A program made the position numbers and the translations under genes. 64,000 bases of DNA from Candidatus Calescibacterium sp. Its GTDB lineage: Bacteria; DRYD01. Shown one piece after another: positions 48,086 through 57,888 of this stretch. The stretch is taken from the NCBI GenBank assembly GCA_025059235.1, contig JANXCV010000004.1:77438-141437 (forward strand). Direction: 5' to 3'. Every line of letters starts with the position of its first letter. The first letter of the stretch is position 1. The notes under the pieces are model-generated. The model was not told where the DNA came from, searched no databases, and worked only from the letters and a program-made list of their open reading frames with translations.

Positions 48086-48940
48086 ATGAACTATACTGCT
48101 TTAGGATTATCCATTTTTTTAACGTTTGCTTTTTTCTTATATCTAATATTTAATAATTCTGAGGGTATAAGTATACTCTATGATAAGCCTAGGTTTTCGC
48201 TATTGGATTCTAAAACTTTCTATCAGTTATACTATAATGAACGTGATACTGTAATAATAGATCTAAGAAGCTATGAAGATTACAAAAAATCTCATATTGA
48301 CGGATCTGTATATTTCAACATAGAAAACCTATTTGAAACTTATTTAGGAATTCCAAGAAAAATAAGAAAAGTAGAGGGATTACTATATACTCTTTCTGAG
48401 GTAGGTGTGGGAACGTATAATAATGTTGGTATATACTCAAACAGAATAGAGGATAGTATAGTTTTTGCATCTATCCTATATATACTTAAAGTCAGGGGGA
48501 TTTATGTAATAAGGGATGGTTTTGAAGGATGGAAAAATAATAATCTTCCAATTTCAGATAAAGTAAAAATTGTTGAAAAAGGTTATTTTTCTTATAGGAT
48601 TTCTAAGTCTTCTTACAGTAATTCGATCTTGGATTTGAAAGAAGTAAGGGAAAGAATGGATAGATATTTACTAGTTGCTGTATCTTCTTCTAAGATTCCG
48701 TATATTCCCAGAAGTGTCCATGTAAAGCCAAAAGTCGGGTTCGATAGATATGTATTAGGAAGTTACTACAACTCACATGATATCTCTAAGAACAAAAATA
48801 TACTACTGTATGGAAATGATAATTATGAAGTTTTACAAGTTTATTTTATTTTGAGATTGTTTTTGGATTATCCACATGTAGTGATTTTCAATGGTGGTAT
48901 AAACGAGTGGGTAGCAAATTCTCTACCCGTTAGTCAGTAA
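48086..48940 (+). CDS. Membrane-anchored tandem rhodanese-domain protein, probably non-catalytic
   Basis: IIDLRSYEDY..SHI.GS, DGFEGW and V.IFNGG..EW motifs; LLYG at the position of the usual active-site YC. Confidence 0.7.
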   Translation: MNYTALGLSIFLTFAFFLYLIFNNSEGISILYDKPRFSLLDSKTFYQLYYNERDTVIIDLRSYEDYKKSHIDGSVYFNIENLFETYLGIPRKIRKVEGLLYTLSEVGVGTYNNVGIYSNRIEDSIVFASILYILKVRGIYVIRDGFEGWKNNNLPISDKVKIVEKGYFSYRISKSSYSNSILDLKEVRERMDRYLLVAVSSSKIPYIPRSVHVKPKVGFDRYVLGSYYNSHDISKNKNILLYGNDNYEVLQVYFILRLFLDYPHVVIFNGGINEWVANSLPVSQ

Positions 48941-49049
48941 ATATAGTTGACTATTTTGCTTGCTTTGAGAGTATCTGGGTATTTAAATTGCTTTCTGGTA
49001 AGTTTTATCTTTAAAAAGAGGAGTGAACATATAATTCAGAAAATCTTAT

Positions 49050-50348
49050 ATGGAAATGGTTAAGTATGTGTTATTTTTATTCTTTTCCCTTATATTTAGC
49101 TATTGCTACGATATAAAAGAATTTGATAGAGCATGGGAAAGGTTTTTATATTCTGATGTATTTGTAATGAAGACTAATTCTTATGTTACGAGTTTGAACG
49201 TGATCTATCCTTTGGGGTTAGTAGATGAAAATAGAAACAAAGTTGGAATTAGATATGTATTTTTCTACTCTCTATCTAAAAAAATTGAACAAGAGCTTAC
49301 TAATAATGATTTGTTTTGTAAAGTTAGGCTTGAGGTATCAAACGACTATGTTCATTTGAAAATTTCTATTCCATACAATTACGATTTGTTAAGGATTTTA
49401 AATTTACTTAAAAATTACATGGATTTTGGAAGTTTTGAATTAGACAGAGATTTATTAGAATTTTTGGAGGTAGAGGTTAGAGACTATTACTCTCAATCGT
49501 TAAATTCCATTTTATTTTATTTCAGGCAAAACGTCTTTTCTTCTCACCCCTACTCCTTTTTATCATTTGGAAATCCAAAGAACTACAGACATTTTGATGT
49601 GAAAGATTTAGAAGATTTTATAAAAGGTAGAGGGATAGTTTATTACTTCCTTGTCTTGCTTGATAAAACAAAGGATGACTCCGAAGTTTATAGATACATT
49701 GTTAGGAATTTTAAAAAAAACTCAAACGATTATCCTAAAAGGTTGTACTCGTTAGCCAGTTTTACAGGCGAGAGATATTATTATAGGAAAGTTGATATAG
49801 TTAAAACTCGTACCTTTACATTTAACATAAAATCAGAGGCTTCTTATTTTCTATACATATTTACAGCTCCTGAGTTTTACAAAAACTTTGATGAATATAT
49901 TTGTATGTTGATAATAGATAATCTACTGAATGATACTATGGATGGAATAATTTGGAGGGAATTACGTCAAAGGAGAGGATTGGTGTATTCTATCTATTCT
50001 GAATATCCTCTTCTAAGATGGACATCTTACTACGTTATCTTTACCTCTTGTTATCATACAAAACAAGGAGAAGTAAAGAGGATAATGAATAAGATTATAG
50101 AGAACCACTTTTTAAACGATGAGGAAATAATGTATTCAAAGCAAAAATTATATGAGAGAACTAGTTTAGGTTTTATATCATCTGAAATGTTAGCAGATAA
50201 CTTAGTTCAGGCTCTAATATACAAAGATAAACGCATAACTCCTTTTTACCTAAAAAATTATATTTTTTCTGTAACTGAAGATCAGGTAAGAAATGTATAT
50301 AAGAAGTACTTTATGAATTACTATTTGTTCATTTTTCAAGGGGGGTAA
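49050..50348 (+). CDS. M16-family peptidase-like protein, inactive subunit
   Basis: HPYS...FG, LRQRRGLVYSI and VT..QV motifs; no HxxEH. Confidence 0.7.
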   Translation: MEMVKYVLFLFFSLIFSYCYDIKEFDRAWERFLYSDVFVMKTNSYVTSLNVIYPLGLVDENRNKVGIRYVFFYSLSKKIEQELTNNDLFCKVRLEVSNDYVHLKISIPYNYDLLRILNLLKNYMDFGSFELDRDLLEFLEVEVRDYYSQSLNSILFYFRQNVFSSHPYSFLSFGNPKNYRHFDVKDLEDFIKGRGIVYYFLVLLDKTKDDSEVYRYIVRNFKKNSNDYPKRLYSLASFTGERYYYRKVDIVKTRTFTFNIKSEASYFLYIFTAPEFYKNFDEYICMLIIDNLLNDTMDGIIWRELRQRRGLVYSIYSEYPLLRWTSYYVIFTSCYHTKQGEVKRIMNKIIENHFLNDEEIMYSKQKLYERTSLGFISSEMLADNLVQALIYKDKRITPFYLKNYIFSVTEDQVRNVYKKYFMNYYLFIFQGG

Positions 50349-50354
50349 AGTATT

Positions 50355-51539
50355 ATGGTTAGGGACAAATTTGAATTTATATCTCAGGAGTTAGAAAATT
50401 TGAGAAAAGAAGCAAGATACAACAAAATAAGGGTAATTCAAAGCCCCCAAGGAGCTTGGATTACGATAGAAGATAGAAAAAAGTTGAATCTATGTTCAAA
50501 TAACTACTTAGGTTTGGCTAACCATCCAGAAATAATTCAATTCTGTATAGAAGGGATAAAAAAATATGGTGTTGGCCCCGGAGCCGTTAGAAGTATAGCA
50601 GGGACAAATATACTGCATGTTGAGCTAGAAAGGAAGCTATCAGAATTCAAAGAAGTTGAGGATACTATTCTGCTACAGTCTGGTTTCAATGCTAACCTGG
50701 CTGTAGTTCCAACTTTACTAGATAGCCCTGAAGATGCTGTTATATCGGACGAATTAAATCATGCTTCTATTATTGACTCCATTAGACTTTCTAAAGCAAA
50801 AAGGTATATTTATAAGCATCTGGATATGGAAGATCTGGAGAATAAGCTAAAAGAAGCTAAAAATGCGAGAAGAAAGATGGTCATAACCGATGGTGTTTTT
50901 TCGATGGATGGAGATATTGCTCCGTTACCAGAAATAGTTCGTTTATGTAAAGAATATGATGCAATTTTAGTTGTAGATGATGCTCATGGAGAGGGAGTAT
51001 TGGGAAGAAAAGGTAGGGGAGTAGTTGATCATTTTAACCTTCATGGGAGTGTAGATATAGAAGTGGGAACTCTATCTAAGGCCTTTGGGGTGGTCGGAGG
51101 GTTCGTTTGCTCTAATTCCATAGTTGTTGAGTTTTTAAAACAGAAATCAAGACCATTCCTGTTTTCCTCTGCTATGACTATTCCGGATACCCTTGCAGCT
51201 ATAAAAGCGATAGATATAGTTCTGAATACTGATATCGTTGAAAGGCTTTGGGAAAATACCAGTTATTTTAAGAAGGAAATGAGAAACCTGGGTTTTGATC
51301 TAGGTAATAGCCAAACTCCTATTACCCCTGTTATGCTTTTTGATGAAGCCTTAACTCAGGAATTTGCGTCAATGCTTTTCGAAGAGGATATATTTGCTAT
51401 GCCGATATTTTATCCTACAGTTCCAAAAAATAAAGCTAGGATAAGAGTAATGATATCAGCTATACATACCAAAGAAGATTTAGATTTTGCACTGGAAAAA
51501 TTCTACAAGGTAGGGAAAAAACTAGGTGTAGTAAGTTAG
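50355..51539 (+). CDS. kbl: Glycine C-acetyltransferase / 8-amino-7-oxononanoate synthase family (PLP)
   Basis: [36 protein letters not shown] and GTLSKAFG motifs. Confidence 0.85.
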   Translation: MVRDKFEFISQELENLRKEARYNKIRVIQSPQGAWITIEDRKKLNLCSNNYLGLANHPEIIQFCIEGIKKYGVGPGAVRSIAGTNILHVELERKLSEFKEVEDTILLQSGFNANLAVVPTLLDSPEDAVISDELNHASIIDSIRLSKAKRYIYKHLDMEDLENKLKEAKNARRKMVITDGVFSMDGDIAPLPEIVRLCKEYDAILVVDDAHGEGVLGRKGRGVVDHFNLHGSVDIEVGTLSKAFGVVGGFVCSNSIVVEFLKQKSRPFLFSSAMTIPDTLAAIKAIDIVLNTDIVERLWENTSYFKKEMRNLGFDLGNSQTPITPVMLFDEALTQEFASMLFEEDIFAMPIFYPTVPKNKARIRVMISAIHTKEDLDFALEKFYKVGKKLGVVS

Positions 51540-51543
51540 TCCT

Positions 51544-51807
51544 ATGGATCTGGAAAATAGAATAGCAAATATATGTAAAGAGTACAACCTAGAAGGTATA
51601 GCGATATTTTTTTTGGAAAGTTTAGTTCCTTTTCGGAGAATAATTGGTCATATCATTGTTTTTTCTGAACCATTCTTGTCTATCTTTCTAAACACTAGAA
51701 TTATAGAAGAGCTGTATGAACTTTTCTATGACGAAAAAAGGTATAACAAGCTATACCAAATGTTGATCGATAAGGATAAAGGATGGAACAATTTAAAAGA
51801 CCAATAA
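51544..51807 (+). CDS. Small hypothetical protein
   Basis: 87 aa ORF tightly packed within the operon. Confidence 0.55.
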   Translation: MDLENRIANICKEYNLEGIAIFFLESLVPFRRIIGHIIVFSEPFLSIFLNTRIIEELYELFYDEKRYNKLYQMLIDKDKGWNNLKDQ

Positions 51808-51820
51808 ATAAAAAGCGCAT

Positions 51821-53203
51821 ATGCAGATATTAGATATAATCAATAAAATAAAGGTAAAGGATACTTCATTTTTGATAAAAGATATTGAAATAGAGAATAG
51901 GATAGATTGGATAGATCTCGATGTAAGAAAAGTTGTAAATAATATAAAGTATAGGTTGTCAAATATAGATGATTATGAGAATGTTATCTTGTTGGGTATG
52001 GGAGGTTCTTCTCTGGCACCTCTGGTTTTCACCACCTTATATCCGGCTAGAAAAAGGGTTTTTGTACTGGATACTATAAATCCTGATGAAGTAAAGAGGG
52101 TATGCGAAAAAATAGAAGGGAAAAGAAATATTTTTATAGTTTCAAGCAAATCGGGCACGACGTTGGAAACGATAGTCCTGTACAAGTATTTTAGACAAAA
52201 TTTTCAAGATGGGATTTTTATTTTTATTACCGATGAGGGTACCCCTTTAGATAAGCAAGCGAAGAGTGAAGGTAAAGTGGTTTTCAATCCGAATCCCAAC
52301 ATAGGTGGAAGATACTCTGCTTTTACTGAATTTGGTCTTGTACCTACATTTCTGGCAGGCATAGATATCAATAAAATAGCAGATGAAGTAGAAGAAGTTA
52401 AACAAAATATCTATCAATTCATTGATCAGAAATTTGAACATATTTATAAGTTAAATAAAATATCGGATCAGAATGATATTTATTATATACTTTTTAGGTA
52501 TACAAGCCAGGATTTTGTGGTTGGTTTGTGGTTGGAACAACTGATAGCTGAAAGCACGGGAAAGTCGGGTAAAGGAATATTGCCAGTTATATACAAAGGA
52601 ACCCTAAAATTTAGTATTCCCGAAAAGCTTCTACTAGGTGAATTTGAGTTAAAAAATTTCTTGAATGATCTACCCAAATGGATGTATCTATGGTTTTTTT
52701 ACACTGTTATTGCCTCAAGTTATTTAAGAGTAAATCCATTCAATCAGCCTGATGTACAGTTATCAAAGGAAGTTACGAATAAAATAATATCACAGAATTT
52801 TAAGTTGGATGAACATTATGAAATTATGGATGATCTGGAATCATTGGATGATAGAATTTTGAATTTCGTTAAAAAGCTGGATAATCTATCATACCTGGCT
52901 GTTCAGTTATATTCCTCTTTCGATTACTTTGACTTCTTAGAAGGACTAAAAAATAGGATTATGGATAATTTGGGTGTTATAGTTGTAACTGGTTTTGGTC
53001 CAAGATATCTTCATTCCATAGGACAACTATACAAAGGAGGTCCAAAAAATGGTATATTTATCCAAATAATCATCGAACCAGAAAATGAGCTGGAAGATAT
53101 AAACAGATATTTCATCTCTCAAGCAATAGGAGATCTTATAACTATGAAGAATTTAAAAAAGAAGATAAAAGGCTTTTATGTTAAAGCCAAGAATAAAGCA
53201 TAA
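51821..53203 (+). CDS. pgi: Glucose-6-phosphate isomerase (Tal-Pgi-like)
   Basis: LGMGGSSL, SSKSGTTLET, IGGRYS, EQLIAESTGK, NPFNQPDV and GPRYLHSIGQ motifs. Confidence 0.88.
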   Translation: MQILDIINKIKVKDTSFLIKDIEIENRIDWIDLDVRKVVNNIKYRLSNIDDYENVILLGMGGSSLAPLVFTTLYPARKRVFVLDTINPDEVKRVCEKIEGKRNIFIVSSKSGTTLETIVLYKYFRQNFQDGIFIFITDEGTPLDKQAKSEGKVVFNPNPNIGGRYSAFTEFGLVPTFLAGIDINKIADEVEEVKQNIYQFIDQKFEHIYKLNKISDQNDIYYILFRYTSQDFVVGLWLEQLIAESTGKSGKGILPVIYKGTLKFSIPEKLLLGEFELKNFLNDLPKWMYLWFFYTVIASSYLRVNPFNQPDVQLSKEVTNKIISQNFKLDEHYEIMDDLESLDDRILNFVKKLDNLSYLAVQLYSSFDYFDFLEGLKNRIMDNLGVIVVTGFGPRYLHSIGQLYKGGPKNGIFIQIIIEPENELEDINRYFISQAIGDLITMKNLKKKIKGFYVKAKNKA

Positions 53204-53729
53204 AGTTTCTGAACTAGAAGAAAAGAGAGAATATAAAAGTAGAAAGAACACGGTTTTTTTACTTGTTTTTATTTCCGGATTGTTTTTCCTGGGAATATTT
53301 ATTAATAACTATATTAATCAAACAATTTTTTACGAAGATTCTAGAGTAGAATATAAAGGTTTAGTATTCAAATTACAAACTGACAAGAATAATTATCTTC
53401 AAGGTGAGAAGGTTATAATAAAGGTTATTATATATAACCCAACGAATAGAGTTATAAATATAGATTTTTTAACTTCTGAAATGGTTTATTATACTGTGTA
53501 TTCTTATGTAGATTTAGGGATAACAAAGTTTTACTATAAGGTTTGGACTAATAAACCAGTTGTACCACCTGTTCCTAAGACGTATAGGTTATCTATAGGT
53601 CCTAAGCAAACAATAAACTTAGTTAAGGTTTGGGATCAGGTTGATATGAATGGTAATCCAGTTAAGACTGGAAGGTATAAATTTAGAGTGGAATTAAATA
53701 CTCCGTATAAGTTAAGTTTATTGAAGTAG
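53178..53729 (+). CDS. Membrane-anchored BsuPI-like Ig-fold protein
   Basis: LQTDK..Y.QGEKV.I...N and WDQVDMNG.PV.TG.Y motifs. Confidence 0.6.
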   Translation: MLKPRIKHKVSELEEKREYKSRKNTVFLLVFISGLFFLGIFINNYINQTIFYEDSRVEYKGLVFKLQTDKNNYLQGEKVIIKVIIYNPTNRVINIDFLTSEMVYYTVYSYVDLGITKFYYKVWTNKPVVPPVPKTYRLSIGPKQTINLVKVWDQVDMNGNPVKTGRYKFRVELNTPYKLSLLK

Positions 53730-53818
53730 GAGGGGTGGCCGAGCGGTCGAAGGCGCTCGACTGGAAATCGAGTGTATCCCCAAAAGGGATACCGCGGGTT
53801 CGAATCCCGCCCCCTCCG
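53729..53818 (+). tRNA. tRNA-Ser(GGA), long variable arm, CCA not encoded
   Basis: Acceptor GGAGGGG/CCCCTCC, anticodon arm CTCGA-CTGGAAA-TCGAG, variable arm GTATCCC/GGGATAC, T-loop GGTTCGAATCC. Confidence 0.97.
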
Positions 53819-53827
53819 CTCTACCAA

Positions 53828-54118
53828 ATGTTTATATTAGCAGCAAAAATAACAATCTTCCTCAATGATAGACCCAAAAACCTCAAAGAAAAAAGATCCA
53901 TAATATCTTCACTCAAACAAAAATTATTCAATAAATTTAAAGTATCAATAGCAGAAATAGAAAATAATGACAAACTTCACATAACTACTCTTGGTATAGC
54001 CATTGTATCAAACAATAAAAACATACTTAATCAAACAATAAACAAAATAGAAGATTTTTTAACCAGTATTGCGAACATATGTATACTTGAAACTACAGTA
54101 GACTATTACTCACAATGA
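53828..54118 (+). CDS. DUF503 (YlxP-like) protein
   Basis: LKEKRSII.SL..KL..KF.VSIAE and LGIAIVSN motifs; ATG at 53828 (the track start lies inside the tRNA). Confidence 0.85.
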   Translation: MFILAAKITIFLNDRPKNLKEKRSIISSLKQKLFNKFKVSIAEIENNDKLHITTLGIAIVSNNKNILNQTINKIEDFLTSIANICILETTVDYYSQ

Positions 54119-54966
54119 TGAATAAATTAACTTTATCTATAGGAAAAGTTGCTTCATTCTATGGAGGATATATATACTTAAGGTATAGATACAACGATTT
54201 TATCAAAAATAGTCTATATCTGAATGTGGGTAATTTTCTTGTTGTTTCATCAATCAATGAAAATAACTACATCTTAGCCCAAATAGTTGATATTTATGAT
54301 GCTGTTATCGAAAAAGAAGAAAACTTAAGAATATCTATTGCAAATGATGGAAGCATAACTTCAACAGAAATAGATATATATCTGTTTATAGAATTGAAGT
54401 TAAAACCTCTCTTTGAATTTAATGCAAAAGAGCTAGTTACTAAAAAAAGTATGTTTACTACCAGATTGAAGGATGTATTTCTCTTTGATGGTGATTTGAA
54501 AAAAGATTTCTATAAAGTTTTCTTCAGTATTAATCCTAAAGCTCAAGTTGTTAATCTTAAGTTTGCAGAAGATGTGTTAGTTTATGGTGTAGTATTTTTG
54601 TTGGGTATTGATGACTTTCTGGGTATACCTGAAGATAGTTATGTAACAATTTTTGATTATCAAAAGTTCAGTAAAAGAATACCAAAAAAAAGAAAAGCTT
54701 TTTTTATAAGTCCGTCTGTTTTTTTAAATAACTATTATGATTTGAAAAATTTAGATGGGGTAGTTTTTGTAAAAATATCAAATAGAATGGAATTAATCAA
54801 GTTAGCAAACAGGTACTTAATCCCACATTTCATTGTTGGAAGAAATCTATTGAGAAGTGATTATGACATTATCTGTAGGTTAGTTGGGATTAGAAATGAT
54901 TACTTATCCTGTTTTTCTTGGTGTAATTATTACCTTATTCATAAAGGGGTAATATTCTGCTATTGA
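54115..54966 (+). CDS. Hypothetical protein, N-terminus resembling a HAS barrel
   Basis: IGKV...G, VGNFLVV and ILAQIVDI recall HerA N-termini; no Walker A. Confidence 0.45.
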   Translation: MMNKLTLSIGKVASFYGGYIYLRYRYNDFIKNSLYLNVGNFLVVSSINENNYILAQIVDIYDAVIEKEENLRISIANDGSITSTEIDIYLFIELKLKPLFEFNAKELVTKKSMFTTRLKDVFLFDGDLKKDFYKVFFSINPKAQVVNLKFAEDVLVYGVVFLLGIDDFLGIPEDSYVTIFDYQKFSKRIPKKRKAFFISPSVFLNNYYDLKNLDGVVFVKISNRMELIKLANRYLIPHFIVGRNLLRSDYDIICRLVGIRNDYLSCFSWCNYYLIHKGVIFCY

Positions 54967-54983
54967 AAGGAGGCGGAAATTAA

Positions 54984-56069
54984 ATGAGATATCGAATAGG
55001 ATTGATCATTGGTGTTTTTATTCTAGTTTTTGTTTTTGGTATGCTATTGGGTAGAGCTAAGATTCAGGTTCAATCGCTGTATTCATTACAGGAAGAAATA
55101 AGAAGAATAATAACTGAAGCTAAACCTTCAATTGTTAGTATTCTTTCCAGTCCATCAAGTATCGATGAAAGTCTGAAAAGATACTATGAATTTTTCAGGG
55201 GTACTCCTTTTGAAGAGTATTTTAATTATCAATCTAGGATTGTTGGCAGTGGGATAGTTGTTTCGAATGATGGTCTAATTATCACGAATGCTCATGTTGC
55301 TACAGGTGCACCAACTATTACAGTTAAGGATTTTGAGGGCAAAGTTTACGACGACGTTTCTATTCTGGCTATAAGCAACCAGTATGATCTAGCATTATTA
55401 AAAATAAATCGTCTGAATAAAAATTTGAAGCCTATCGACTTTACAAACTCAGATAATGTAAGAGTTGGTGATATAGTATTTGCTATTGGTAATCCATTTG
55501 GGTTTGAAATGACTGTGACAATGGGGATAATTTCTGCGAAGAATAGAAAGCTAAAGGTGATACAGGGGTACAGTTATTCGAATTTAATTCAGACGGATGC
55601 TGCTCTTAATCCCGGTAATTCTGGTGGAGCTCTTGTCGACATTTACGGAAGGTTGGTCGGTGTAAACACCGTTATAGCTTCCACTAGTGGTTCGAATAGT
55701 GGAGTGGGTTTTGCTATCCCCTCAAACATCGTCAGAGAATTTATCGAAAAAAATAAGAGTAAAACCTCAAGAAGTACTTCTGGACAACCTTTCCTAGGAG
55801 TAAGAGTAGCTGATATACCAGAATACCTAAAGAGTTATCTCGGAATAGATTATGGCGTAATAGTAGTTGAAGTTATTCCTAACAGCTCTGCAGAGAAATA
55901 CGGTATAAAAACCAATGATATAATACTTGAGTATAATGGTGAAAAGATAGAAAATGCAAACCACTTTATTGATCTGATTTTACAAACAAATCCTGGACAA
56001 AAAGTCAATATGAAATTAATCAGGAAAGGAAAAATAATCGATATTCAAGTTGTTATGGGTAAAAAATGA
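54984..56069 (+). CDS. HtrA/DegP-family serine protease with one PDZ domain
   Basis: GSG..VS.DG.IITNAHV, DLALLK, IQTDAALNPGNSGG and FLGV (PDZ) motifs. Confidence 0.93.
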   Translation: MRYRIGLIIGVFILVFVFGMLLGRAKIQVQSLYSLQEEIRRIITEAKPSIVSILSSPSSIDESLKRYYEFFRGTPFEEYFNYQSRIVGSGIVVSNDGLIITNAHVATGAPTITVKDFEGKVYDDVSILAISNQYDLALLKINRLNKNLKPIDFTNSDNVRVGDIVFAIGNPFGFEMTVTMGIISAKNRKLKVIQGYSYSNLIQTDAALNPGNSGGALVDIYGRLVGVNTVIASTSGSNSGVGFAIPSNIVREFIEKNKSKTSRSTSGQPFLGVRVADIPEYLKSYLGIDYGVIVVEVIPNSSAEKYGIKTNDIILEYNGEKIENANHFIDLILQTNPGQKVNMKLIRKGKIIDIQVVMGKK

Positions 56070-57028
56070 ACAAAATTTTCTTATTCTTTCTGTTTGTCAT
56101 AATCTTTCCCTTTGCTGTTCAAAAATATAGAGAAAGTATAATTATTAACTATGTGCTTGATGACTTTTATACAGGAAGAATCGATGGAAAGCTATTTATT
56201 GGTAAAAATTTATTTCTTGCAAATAGCCTTATTTTAGTTCCTAATATACATAATTTTTCTGAGGGTATATCCATACATAAAATGAATAATTCTAGGTACT
56301 TTTTGTTATCGAATACAAACAGTTTTGGATTCTATGATTGTTTACTGGTAGTTTTTTTCTCAAGAGATCTTTCGATAATGAATACTAGTATTTTTAAAAC
56401 TTCATATCCATACAATCTCATCAAAGTTTTCGAATGTTATGAAAATAATATGAAAAAATTTTATCTGTTAGGATTGATAAAAGATTTGTTTGACTTTGAA
56501 ATATGTATTAGCAGATATGACGGTGATAAGATAGAAGAATCAGTAAAGTTGGGTACAAATTTTATCGACTATCCCATATATTTTTCTGAGTATGAGAGTG
56601 ATAAATTTAAAGGATATGTTCTATTAAGTTTATGTGTGAAAAGTACTTACGTTAATTTTATAGATATCAGATTCAATATGGATATAAAAAGGTTTAACAC
56701 AGATTCTATGTTAGTTTGTTTTATTGATCAAGAGATGAAAATTTCAAAATATTTTGTTATAAGGTTTCCAAGTAATATCATAGATTATTCTATAGTGAAA
56801 AGATCAATAGATTCAGTATTACTCAGGGTGGATTTTATCGACAAAATATATGGTTATCATTTAACTAACAATTTCATTCATATCGATTTTAATGATGTCC
56901 GTTTTGCAGGTTATAGGCATAAAGAGTTATATGTAGATAATTTCTTTTATTTCAAGCATAGCTCAGTTGATTTTTCCAAGATAGATGTAAAGATAGTTTT
57001 CAATAAAGTTGAGGAAAGATTGAGATGA
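56066..57028 (+). CDS. Hypothetical exported or membrane-anchored protein
   Basis: 320 aa, hydrophobic N-terminus, 4-nt overlaps with both neighbours. Confidence 0.55.
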   Translation: MNKIFLFFLFVIIFPFAVQKYRESIIINYVLDDFYTGRIDGKLFIGKNLFLANSLILVPNIHNFSEGISIHKMNNSRYFLLSNTNSFGFYDCLLVVFFSRDLSIMNTSIFKTSYPYNLIKVFECYENNMKKFYLLGLIKDLFDFEICISRYDGDKIEESVKLGTNFIDYPIYFSEYESDKFKGYVLLSLCVKSTYVNFIDIRFNMDIKRFNTDSMLVCFIDQEMKISKYFVIRFPSNIIDYSIVKRSIDSVLLRVDFIDKIYGYHLTNNFIHIDFNDVRFAGYRHKELYVDNFFYFKHSSVDFSKIDVKIVFNKVEERLR

Positions 57029-57873
57029 ATGTACTATTTGATTTTGATGGTGTTTTGTTTGACTCCTCATGGGAAGTGACAGTTATAATAATTCTTACGT
57101 ATATGAAAGCTTTTCCTGACTCTAAGATTTCTCTTCACCAGAGTACATTGAAGACCTCTGAGATTCTACGTCATTTGAATAGATACGATCCGAACTATGC
57201 TTTTAGAATTGTACAGAAGCAGAACAAAAAGCTAAATAATTGTATAAAAAAATTAAGAACTTATTGTATAGATGTAGACGATTTTTTTATTGTTTCCAGT
57301 CTAATAGATCAGAATTACCCTAATTTAGAAAATTTGACATATAAAGTAATAAATCATAAATTTTATTACTCATACAAGAATGATTTAATCCAGAAAAGAA
57401 GAAGGGATCTAGATTTGTTTATTGATTCATTTTATGAATCAAGAAAATACATAAAAGAAGCGAATAGAGAATTTTGGCTGCTTTTGACGCCACCCTATGA
57501 AAATCAAATAAAGTTTTTTACCCAAATTTGTCAAAAACATGAAGTAGGTATTTTATCTACAAAACAAAAATACGCAATACTTTCAATTCTTCAGTATTAC
57601 GGTATTAATATTGATCCTAATAAAGTTTTTGCAAAGGAGAATAAATTTATTGATAAGGGTAAGAAGATAAAGGAAATAATGAATTTATGGGCTGCTAGAG
57701 ATAATGAACTACACTTTGTAGATGATTTACTAGAGAATTTACTAAAAGTGAAATCTTGTTTGCCAAACGTAAGCTTGTACATGGCTTCATGGGGATATAA
57801 TAATTATTATCACAGATTGATAGCTAAGAAATCTGGAATAAAAATAATTGATACACTAGCTATATTTACATAA
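57025..57873 (+). CDS. HAD-superfamily hydrolase
   Basis: FDFDGVLFDS, ILSTK, K, FVDD and ASWGY motifs. Confidence 0.85.
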   Translation: MNVLFDFDGVLFDSSWEVTVIIILTYMKAFPDSKISLHQSTLKTSEILRHLNRYDPNYAFRIVQKQNKKLNNCIKKLRTYCIDVDDFFIVSSLIDQNYPNLENLTYKVINHKFYYSYKNDLIQKRRRDLDLFIDSFYESRKYIKEANREFWLLLTPPYENQIKFFTQICQKHEVGILSTKQKYAILSILQYYGINIDPNKVFAKENKFIDKGKKIKEIMNLWAARDNELHFVDDLLENLLKVKSCLPNVSLYMASWGYNNYYHRLIAKKSGIKIIDTLAIFT

Positions 57874-57888
57874 AAAGGGAGGGTAAAA

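Noticed and set aside
53636-53827. ORFs 53636-53827 (-) and the 53735 start (+)
   Set aside because: Both are artefacts of the GC-rich tRNA-Ser sequence.
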